Below, in pieces: positions 56,926 through 64,000 of a stretch of DNA of 64,000 bases; position 1 is the first letter of the stretch; the number at the start of each line of letters is the position of its first letter. The stretch is from an uncultured Chloroflexia bacterium (GTDB lineage: Bacteria; Chloroflexota; Ktedonobacteria; Ktedonobacterales; JADMIN01): the NCBI GenBank assembly GCA_963809385.1, contig CAWEJL010000002.1:135640-199639 (forward strand). The letters run 5' to 3'. A program made the position numbers and the translations under genes. The notes beneath the pieces are model-generated. The model worked only from the letters and a program-made list of their open reading frames with translations. It was not told the DNA's origin and did no database searches.

Positions 56926-59065
56926 CTATCTCGCTGGGCCCGTCCGTACGGGTCGTTTGCGTTGTTTCTGAAGCGGTTGTTTGGGCGCCACCGCCGCATC
57001 AATGGTATGTATCTGGTTGAGGAGCCACGCCTTACGATCCAGCAGCGCGCGCAGGGTCGCGTCATCGCGCGCTTGCTCGGCTTCCCGCTGCAGGGCGTCA
57101 AGTTCAGCCATCTCGTGATTGAGGCGCATACGCTTGAGCCGGTAGGCCGCGTCACGGGCCACCTTCACCACTCGTCCCTCATCGAGCGCCTGCGCGATAA
57201 TCTGGTCGCGCGCCTGCCCGGCGGCCTCACCCAGGACAGGCGCCTGCTCGGCGATGAATGCCTCCGCGTTCACGAACGAACGATCGCTCACCGCCCGTGC
57301 GAGCGCGTGGTAGAGCGCGCGCAGTTCTGACAAGGTGAAGTCGCTCTCGTCGAGGATCGCGGAGATATCCTCCCAGACGCGGGGATGGACCAACGGGAGC
57401 CCAAAGCAATACCGTTCGAGCGTTTGCTCGGGCGTTTGCCCAGAGGCGATCGCGCCGGTCTCATGATCCCCTATGGCGCTGGACGAACTATACCCCTGAC
57501 GGGGGTGGTGTGAGGGTGTTTCCCCGTACTTACTTCCTAACGCTTCAGCGCCATCAACTCGCTCGCTTCCGCTATCAGTCCCATCAAGCGGGCCAGCGCT
57601 GGACCGGTGGCTCGCCTCATCGTCGCGCGTACGCTGGTGGGCGGTCCGCAGATCGTGGTCGAGTTGACGGCGCGCGTTGAGCAAGTCGCGGCTCAGTTCG
57701 ATCTTGTCCAGCCGTAGCTTCTGCGCCAGCCGTCCGACATATTCGTCGGCCAGTGTGCGGTCGCGTACCTCGGCGATCACCGGCAGCAGGCGGCGCCGGG
57801 CCTCCAGCTTGCCCTGCGGTGTGTCCAGCGCCAGCCCCGCTGTTTCCACATCGAGCAGAAAATCAATCAAGGGCTGTGCGCGCTCGATCGCGGCGCGCCA
57901 GCCATCGGGGTCACGGCGGACGAATTCGTCAGGGTCCTCGTGCGGAGGGAGACGGGCGACGGTAATCTCCGCATCCACCTGCTCCTCGAAGCGCACCAGC
58001 CCCTTCGGCTCCCCACGGCGGCTCGTGGGGGCGCCAGGAGCGGCGAGCGGGACGGGCGCCACGGTACGGTCGAAGGCGCGCTGGGCGACAGTGATACCGC
58101 GCACGGTAGCGGATTCGCCCGCCGCGTCGGGGTCCAGCGCGAGCGTCACGCGGCGGGTCAGCCGCTTGATGATGTGGACGTGCTTCTCGGTCAGCGCGCT
58201 GCCAATCACGGCGACGATGTTGCGCGTGCCATGCTGGCTGGGCACGATCACATCCATGTACCCCTCGACGATGATGACGCGGTCGGCGCGCTTAATGGCG
58301 TCGCGCGCGAGGTCAATGCCATAAAGGGTGGCGCTCTTGTCGAATAAGGGCCGTCTGCGGCGTATTGAGGTACTTGGGGTGGCCGCCGCCCAGCTCGCGG
58401 CCGCCGAAGGCGACCGTCTGGCCCGCCAGATTGCGAATCGGGAAGATCAGCCGGTTGCGGAAGTAGTCGTAGAGCCCGCCGCCTTTGCCCAGCTCACGCT
58501 CACGCGAGAGGCCAGCCTCGATCAACTCTTTTGGCGTGTAGCCCTGCGTCTGGAGGTAGAGCGAGAGGGCGTCGCCATCGGGCGCGTAGCCGAGCCGCCA
58601 GAGACTGATGGAGTCGTTGCTGACGCCGCGCGAGTCGAGGTAGGTGCGGGCGTATTGCGCGGCGCTGGCCTGGAGAAGCTGGTGATAGTACCAGATCGCG
58701 GCGGCTTCATTGAGGGCTCGCAAGCGTTTGCGGCTGGCGCTCTCGGAACTCTCCTGGCGGTCATCACCGAAGCCGCGATCGAGGGAGACACCCGCGCGCT
58801 CGGCAAGCAGCGCAAGCGCTTCCATGAAGTCGAGACCCTGAGTCTTTTCGATGAAGGTAATCAGATCTCCGTCTTCGCCGCAGCCGAAGCAGTGCCAGCG
58901 CCCCTCAGGGTAGACATAGAAAGAGGGAGTGCGCTCGCCGTGGAATGGACACAGCCCGCGCCATGCCTTGCCCGACTTTTTGAGCGGGACAGTAGCGCCG
59001 ATCTGTTCGACGATGTCGAGCTTACTCTTGACGCGCTCGATGACGCTCGTGGATTCTGACGCCAT
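56926..59065 (-). CDS. dnaG: DNA primase, apparent +1 nt frameshift at about 58343-58348
   Basis: The zinc ribbon [29 protein letters not shown] lies in ORF 58313-59065. The Toprim/C-terminal part lies in ORF 56926-58257. The frame of the latter extends upstream as [32 protein letters not shown] and joins LNTPQTAL of the former. Confidence 0.85.
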
Positions 59066-59090
59066 ACCCGGTCATATCTGGCCCGCGGGA

Positions 59091-59110
59091 CACCACAAGC
59101 CACCACAAGC
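59091..59110. repeat. Exact tandem 10-nt duplication caccacaagc x2 upstream of dnaG
   Basis: Copies at 59091-59100 and 59101-59110, 26-45 nt upstream of the dnaG ATG (59065). On the minus strand they read GCTTGTGGTG GCTTGTGGTG. Confidence 0.8.
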
Positions 59111-59207
59111 GCGCCGTGGGCCACTCGCGCTGCCAACATAAAGCCACAGACGCCCGGCGTCCGGCAAGAGCGGGGACACGTTGGGCGCGAAGGGGATGAA
59201 AAGACGA

Positions 59208-59858
59208 TTAGCTGGCGATGTCGTCGCGCTCGCCCAGGCGACGGACGGCAGCCACGGTCAGGGCGATCACGCCCAGGCCAAGCGCCAGACCAGCGCCCAT
59301 CCAGACGGCGCGCTCCGCCCAAACTGGCGCCCCAGCGATGGCGGGGATATCCAGCGACCCTGATTTCTTCGCAGCAAGCGCGGAGCCGGGCAGCCAAACC
59401 GGCTCGTCTCCAGCTTCGGCATAGATCTCATCAGCCACATGGGCGCAGGTAGCGCGCGCCATGAAGGTTGCCGCGCGCGATACCGCGTCGTTGCCCTCCG
59501 GCAGGTCAGGGCCGCGTAGTGTCAGCCGGTAGGCGACGACCGTGTGGCTGTCCTGCTCGACGAGATCGAGCGAGCCGACGCCAGTGATGGCGCCGGACGG
59601 GCCGTAGCCCCGCAGCTCTAGCCCGAGGTAGTCGGGACGCCGGGCGGCGGTCACCCGCGCGGTGATGACATATGGCTGGCGGAGCTGCCCCAGCCGCAGG
59701 CGCGCTTCATACGCTGCCTGGCCGTCGTCGTTAGCCGGGCCAAACTGGATAAACCGCTCGCAGCCGGGGATGGCGCGCGCCAGGACGTCTGGGTTGGTAA
59801 GCGCCTCGAATACACGACTGGTCGCGCCCGGGAATGTATATGTCCCTTCCACGCGCAT
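59208..59858 (-). CDS. SRPBCC-fold (CoxG-like) protein with C-terminal TM anchor
   Basis: MRVEGTYTFPGATSRVFEALTNPDVLARAIPGCE is a CoxG/SRPBCC-type N-terminus. C-terminal hydrophobic segment WMGAGLALGLGVIALTVAAV. GAGGAG lies 8 nt upstream of the ATG. Confidence 0.6.
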   Translation of the reverse strand: MRVEGTYTFPGATSRVFEALTNPDVLARAIPGCERFIQFGPANDDGQAAYEARLRLGQLRQPYVITARVTAARRPDYLGLELRGYGPSGAITGVGSLDLVEQDSHTVVAYRLTLRGPDLPEGNDAVSRAATFMARATCAHVADEIYAEAGDEPVWLPGSALAAKKSGSLDIPAIAGAPVWAERAVWMGAGLALGLGVIALTVAAVRRLGERDDIAS

Positions 59859-59894
59859 GCGAAAGACTCCTCTATGCTTCGCCCGTCGCGCGTC

Positions 59895-59902
59895 ATCCTA
59901 CA
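59895..59902 (-). promoter_or_regulatory. TG-adjacent -10 box TGTAGGAT upstream of the CoxG-like gene
   Basis: The reverse complement of atcctaca is tgtaggat. It lies about 37 nt upstream of ATG 59858. Confidence 0.3.
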
Positions 59903-60377
59903 AGACTGGCCCGCGCGATCAATGGCGTCTATATCGCTATACCGATAATTTCGAAATCTGCTTCCCGGCAGAATGGGAGGTGATCGGCGATGATCGGCGG
60001 AGGTAGCGCATTTGGGCGTCGCGTCCGGTCAGCTATGGTGGCGCGGCGCTGGCGACGCCTGCCCGCGACGCGCTCGCGACGTTATACGCCTTGACCAGTA
60101 TAACGCGCATAGCGCTGAGACGCCACAAAGAGGGCGTAATTTCCCGATCGGGATAGGAGCGCCATGACTGGTGAGATGTGATATCTCTATACTTGCTGTC
60201 TCGGATCATAAGCCAATTCGGGCAAAAGAAGAAATCCACTGTATCTAAACCTTCCAGTCATCGTTATACTTGTATATCTGGTGGATATCGCGCTTCGATA
60301 GGCAGGAAAGAGTCCGCCAGTTCAGCCTTGGCGCAGGCCATGGCATGGTGTGAGTGGATCATTTAGAGGAGGTACCC

Positions 60378-60527
60378 ATGCGGCAATTGGTGAGGCGGAC
60401 ACGTGGCCAAGGTCTCGTTGAGTACGCGCTGATTATTGCGCTGGTCGCGGTCGTCGTGATTGGCGCGCTGATTCTGCTTGGCCCGCAGATCGCCGCCATC
60501 TTCGACACGATCAACAGCGCGCTCTAA
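60378..60527 (+). CDS. flp: Flp-family type IVb pilin precursor (49 aa; below the ORF-track length cutoff)
   Basis: Translation is MRQLVRRTRGQGLVEYALIIALVAVVVIGALILLGPQIAAIFDTINSAL. It has a basic leader, a G/xxxxEY processing motif and a hydrophobic helix. GAGGAGG lies 5 nt upstream of ATG 60378. TAA at 60525-60527 is followed by a strong hairpin. Confidence 0.7.
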   Translation: MRQLVRRTRGQGLVEYALIIALVAVVVIGALILLGPQIAAIFDTINSAL

Positions 60528-60563
60528 TAGCGCGCTAGGTTTCATTAGCCTAGCCATCCATAC

Positions 60564-60603
60564 GAGAACGGACGTGGGAGCGATCGCTCCCGCGTCCGTT
60601 CTC
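60564..60603. terminator. Long inverted repeat between convergent flp and the acidic repeat-protein gene (bidirectional terminator candidate)
   Basis: gagaacggacgtgggagcg AT cgctcccgcgtccgttctc forms 19-nt arms with a single G-T mismatch around a cgatcg centre. There is no U-tract on either side. Confidence 0.55.
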
Positions 60604-60631
60604 GTGTGGGCGCCGTTACGCCGTGAACGGG

Positions 60632-62319
60632 TTACATGCCCGAATCGAGGCGTTTATTGAGCATGATCGTCGAGGTGATCATCACAGCCAGGCTGATAGG
60701 ACCCCAGCAGAGAAGGCCGATGCCAAACGTAACGATTGACACGATGGCCATGATGACACCGAAGACGATGCCACCAATCAACAGGAACAGCCCAGTGGAG
60801 GTAAAGCCGCTCACCAGCCAGCCGATACCATAGAGACCGAACAGACCTGGAATGACTTCCAGCAGGATCGGCACGGTCTTCTCGCGCCGGGGAGCCGCCA
60901 TCATCGGGGCCATCGGGGCCATCGGGGCCATCGGGGCCATGGGAATGTACGGCTGCTGATCGGGTGATTGCGGTGGGGCCGAATAGATTGGCGCGGGGGG
61001 AGCGACAGGCTGATCAGGAGTCATGGCCGCTGCTGGAGCAACGCTCAGCGCAGAGGCTGCTTCCACTGGCGCGGCTTCCACTGGCGCGGCCTCCACTGGC
61101 GCTCCACTGGCGCGGCCTCCACTGGCGCGGCTTCCACTGGCGCGGCTTCCACTGGCGGCTCAGCCGGGACTTCAGGAGCGGACGGTTCCACCACAGGCGC
61201 CGCGTCCACGGGCTCCTCACTGGCAGCGGAGGCTGTTACTGGATTCACAGCATCCGCGACTGCCTCCGGCGCAACGGACGCAGCGGTATCCAGGCTGGTC
61301 TCCGTTGAGGTGGTTTCCCCAGCGGCGGACTCCTGAGAAGTAACCTCCTCCGACGACCATGCGGCCACTACAGGCGCTTCAATTGGAGCCTCAGCCTCGA
61401 CGGGAGCCTCCGGCTCCGCAGCTTCAACCGGCGCTTCGGCTTCAACCGGCGCTTCGGCCTCGACAGGGGCCTCTGCTTCTGCGGCCGCCTCAGCCTCTGC
61501 GGCTGCTACTGGCGCTTCAGCGGGGGCCTCTGCTTCTGCGGCTGCTACTGGCGCTTCGGCCTCAGCGACCGCTACTGGCGCTTCGGAGGGCGCCTCAGTC
61601 TCTGCGGCCGCTGCTGGCGCTTCAGCGGACGCTTCGGCTTCTGCGGCTGCTACTGGCGCCACGGCCTCGACTGGGGCCTCTGCCTCGACAGGGGCCTCTG
61701 CTTCTGCGGGAGCCTCTGCCTCCACCGGCGCTGGTTGATAACTCGCGGCGTCATAGGTAGGAGTCATGCTGGCTACCGCGGGAACCGGCTCACTCGCTGG
61801 TTCTGGCTCAACTGACGTGGTGGCGTCCGCCTCCGGGCCAGGAGTGAACGCAGGCGCTTCTGGCGCAACGCTGGCGCTCTCGAAAGCGGCGGTATCTCCC
61901 GCGGGTTCATAGGTTGGCGCCTGTTCTGGCGCGGGCGGACTGAACGCGGCGCTCGCCTCCTCTTCGGCGCCTGCGTCCGGCGAGGCGGGCGCCTCAGGGG
62001 CGGATTCCTGAGCAACGGCTGGCTCAGCTGCGCCAGCGGCGTCAGTGGACGGCTCGGCGCTTCCCTCGAAAACGGGAGTGGCCGCCTCCGCTACAGGCTG
62101 AGCCGCATCGGGCGCGGTCTCGCTGGCGACCGGGGCTGTCTCACTCGTCGTCTCCGTGGTCGCGGCGACCGATGTCGTTTCCGGCTCTGGCTGGGTAGAT
62201 TCCGTGGATACGCCCTCAGTGGTGGGCGCAGCCTCCTCGGGACTGGTTACGGCGCTTTCGTTCGTCGCGTCACCAGCCGCCGGAGGGATGGGCATGTTGG
62301 GCTCGAATGGATTGTCCAT
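60632..62319 (-). CDS. Highly acidic Ala/Glu/Pro/Val tandem-repeat protein with C-terminal 3-TM anchor; split by an indel inside a 15-nt repeat array near 61100-61104
   Basis: ATG 62317-62319 lies 6 nt after AGGAGG. ORF 61045-62355 ends in ...PVEAAPVEAAPVEAAPVE, and ORF 60632-61096 begins (GTG) VEAAPVEAAPVEAAS. The two are therefore the same repeat in two frames. The C-terminus has three hydrophobic helices. Confidence 0.6.
60902..60943. repeat. 9-nt tandem repeat catcggggc x4 plus a partial copy (encodes PMAPMAPMAPMAPM on the minus strand)
   Basis: Perfect copies at 60902, 60911, 60920 and 60929, with a partial copy to 60943. Confidence 0.85.
61061..61159. repeat. 15-nt tandem repeat array (ttccactggcgcggc-type, about 7 units; encodes AAPVE) containing a 4-nt-short junction
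   Basis: Full units at 61061, 61076, 61117 and 61132. Between them lie a 12-nt unit (61091-61102) and a 14-nt unit (61103-61116), which is exactly where the two minus-strand ORFs change frame. Confidence 0.85.
61380..61740. repeat. Imperfect 18-nt-periodic coding repeats (EAPVEA-type)
   Basis: Exact tandem gcttcaaccggcgcttcg at 61421-61438 and 61439-61456. The 19-mer ggggcctctgcttctgcgg recurs at 61466, 61523 and 61691. Confidence 0.75.
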
Positions 62320-62518
62320 GACGCCTCCTGATGTTGACTGCTCATCCCACCACATGGTGGGGGGCGGCTGCGCAGACCCCCATCAACGCCCAGCGCTGTG
62401 GGGCTTCATCTGTGAAGTGCGGGAGAGAGCGGACACCGCCCTTCCACGCGCGTACACAACCAGCCATTGTAAACGCCGACATTGTATCACAGCCTGGCTT
62501 CCATGCAACCGCGCGCTG

Positions 62519-62548
62519 TAAAACGCGGCGCGACCGCCGTGACGCGCC
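62519..62548 (-). terminator. Weak terminator-like hairpin after the Rsm22-like gene
   Basis: On the minus strand GGCGCG-N10-CGCGCC is followed by gcgTTTTa. It lies 32 nt after the stop at 62580. Confidence 0.3.
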
Positions 62549-62579
62549 AGCCGCCAACGTCGCAATTACAGCCATCTCG

Positions 62580-63635
62580 TCAGGATGCGCCCGTGCTTCC
62601 GGCATCTGCCCCGCTGTCCGGATCGCTGTCCGGGGCGCTGTCCGCGCTCTCTTGCGCGAGCGGCCAGACGGATCCCCAGCGCGCGTCACGCGCCAGGCGG
62701 AAGGCCGCGCGGCGGGAGCGGGTAATCTCACGCCGCTCCAGCCCGCCCGGTCCACAGAGGTCGAGCGTGATGCGGCCGGGTCTGATGAGCGGATGGCGTA
62801 TGACACGCGCCGCGATCGGCGTCCCAGGCTGGCGCGCCGCGATGATGTAGGAAAACTTCTCGTCTTCGAATGGCGCTTCGCCGCCTTTGAGTTGCCGGTG
62901 GAGACGTGAGCGCGCCAAACGCTGCGCCATGTGGCACCAGTCGCCGGGTGGCATCGGGCATGTATGGTCATGCGGGCAAGGGGCGAGAATGTGCGCGCCA
63001 GCCGCGATCAACTGCTCGCGCGCCGCGCGGATAGCGGCGAAACCCGCCGGTGTGCCTGGCGCGACAAGCGCCAGCGCGAAGCTGGTCGCCTCCCAGAGGC
63101 GCGTGATCAGATCCGCGCGACGCGCCGCGGGCAATTCGTTGAGGGTATAGGCGCAGGTGACCAGATCAGCGGGCGCGGGCGCCTGTTTACCCCAGGGGCC
63201 CTCGACATCCACCTGGCGCCATTCAACCTCCAGAGCGCCAGGCGGGGACGCCGCGAGCAACTCGCTTCCCAGCGCGATCATCCGCTGGTCGCGCTCCAGC
63301 AGCGTCGCCTGGCGCAGCGAAGGCCAGACGGCTTCGGCAGCCCAAACTCCGCCACCAGGCCCGGCGCCCGTGTCGAGGAGCGTGCGCGGCTCCCATTCAG
63401 GCAGGCGCTCGCGGGCCTCCACCAGGGCGGCGGCAAGCGCGGCGAAGGTGGCGGGCAGACGCGTCACCGCGTAGGCCACCACACCAGCCTGAGAATCCAT
63501 GGCGTGCGCGGTGCTTCCGCCTTCATCCGCGCGGTAGGCGGCGGAAAGCGCGGTGGCGGCGCGCTCCAACGCCTGATGCGAATAGCGCTCGGCCACCTCC
63601 GCGATGGCGAGGCGCAACGAATCTGGTAGCTCCAT
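62580..63635 (-). CDS. Rsm22-like SAM-dependent methyltransferase
   Basis: LLDTGAGPGGGVWAA (motif I), the C-terminal Cys/His cluster APCPHDHTCPM...WCHMAQRL and FEDEKFSYIIA resemble the bacterial Rsm22 (COG5459) family. Confidence 0.65.
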   Translation of the reverse strand: MELPDSLRLAIAEVAERYSHQALERAATALSAAYRADEGGSTAHAMDSQAGVVAYAVTRLPATFAALAAALVEARERLPEWEPRTLLDTGAGPGGGVWAAEAVWPSLRQATLLERDQRMIALGSELLAASPPGALEVEWRQVDVEGPWGKQAPAPADLVTCAYTLNELPAARRADLITRLWEATSFALALVAPGTPAGFAAIRAAREQLIAAGAHILAPCPHDHTCPMPPGDWCHMAQRLARSRLHRQLKGGEAPFEDEKFSYIIAARQPGTPIAARVIRHPLIRPGRITLDLCGPGGLERREITRSRRAAFRLARDARWGSVWPLAQESADSAPDSDPDSGADAGSTGAS

Positions 63636-63637
63636 CG

Positions 63638-63946
63638 TTAGCGGCTCTCGCGGCTCTGCTGGGCTTCCCAGCGGTCACGCGCGGTGAATGCCTCCACTGG
63701 GTCAGGCCACAGATACGGATCGTAGATCATCGTGATGGCGCCTGGCGTGGTGGGATCGGGCGCCAGCCAGTGGCCGCCGTTGTGTCCGTCGAATTTGCAC
63801 TCGATCCACATCCAGTAGCCGCCCTCGACACGCTTGAGATCGAACTCAGCCATCTCGAAGTGGCCATCGCGGCTGCGTAGCTTGAATCCCCGGTCACGCT
63901 GCGTCACTGGCCCGCTCCTTCCGCTCTGCTTTGTACGGCGCGCCAT
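63638..63946 (-). CDS. Hypothetical protein
   Basis: 102-aa ORF ending 2 nt before the Rsm22-like start (operon-like). Trp/His-rich core WMWIECKFDGHNGGHW. No family recognised. Confidence 0.45.
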   Translation of the reverse strand: MARRTKQSGRSGPVTQRDRGFKLRSRDGHFEMAEFDLKRVEGGYWMWIECKFDGHNGGHWLAPDPTTPGAITMIYDPYLWPDPVEAFTARDRWEAQQSRESR

Positions 63947-64000
63947 CAGCGCCGCTGGAACGCTCGTTCGCAGCAGTCTACCACGCGCAGGGCGGAGACT

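Noticed and set aside
58340-58350. Programmed ribosomal frameshift in dnaG
   Set aside because: There is no slippery heptamer, no stimulatory hairpin or SD-like element, and no precedent for recoding in primase. A single-base consensus error beside short A/G runs is the simpler explanation.
59990-60094. 34-codon Arg-rich ORF (MIGGGSAFGRRVRSAMVARRWRRLPATRSRRYTP) preceded by GGGAGG
   Set aside because: Its composition looks like random GC-rich translation, it has no recognisable family, and it lies in a region more likely to be regulatory. It cannot be supported as a gene from sequence alone.
59903-60377. Possible c-di-GMP riboswitch or other known RNA element upstream of the flp pilin gene
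   Set aside because: I could not find the paired GNRA/receptor-type motifs of GEMM-I (such as ACGCAAAGC-like elements) or GEMM-II features. Only one GGCAAAAG-like string is present. The region remains unexplained rather than assigned.
60902-61159. Tandem short repeats considered as a possible CRISPR array
   Set aside because: The units are 9 and 15 nt, directly abutting with no spacers, and in frame with a protein whose sequence shows matching peptide repeats. They are coding minisatellites, and no cas genes are present.

Overview
Visibly GC-rich (roughly two-thirds G+C by eye, not computed), densely coding bacterial chromosomal segment. It is dominated by housekeeping genes: uvrB, gyrB, ffh, dnaG-rpoD, ddl, thyX-tmk, gdh, queG, a queD-like gene, a polyprenyl synthase plus ubiE/menG pair, comEC, an IscA-type Fe-S carrier, cell-wall enzymes (D-Ala-D-Ala carboxypeptidase, L,D-transpeptidase) and two large GT-C-type membrane glycosyltransferases. 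By eye I found no rRNA, tRNA, CRISPR array, transposase, integrase or phage genes, so this reads as core genome rather than an island. Pro/Thr-rich linkers, the carotenoid-tailoring gene trio and the general gene content are compatible with a Chloroflexota/Thermomicrobia-like or Deinococcus-Thermus-like organism, but that is a guess. Items worth a second look: (1) a compact operon encoding an ADP-ribose-pyrophosphatase-type NUDIX domain fused to an unassigned 4-TM module, a stand-alone paralog of that module, and a ComEC whose metallo-beta-lactamase domain has lost its His motifs. (2) An unannotated 49-aa Flp-type pilin gene, absent from the ORF track, behind a ~480-nt lower-GC non-coding leader, convergent with a very acidic tandem-repeat membrane protein that is split by an indel inside a 15-nt repeat array. 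(3) A GT2 / CruF-like / acyltransferase operon for carotenoid glycoside-ester tailoring. (4) A tandem palindromic 18-bp operator abutting a near-consensus promoter. (5) Many indel-type gene disruptions: a MocR-type regulator split into eight frame segments, plus single shifts in a LysE exporter, a kinase, dacB-like, FGGY kinase and essential dnaG. These look like a consensus-quality problem, with possible real decay in the first 7 kb. All family calls come from motif recognition by eye. No database search was run. Start codons were chosen using SD-like GGAGG motifs and are provisional.
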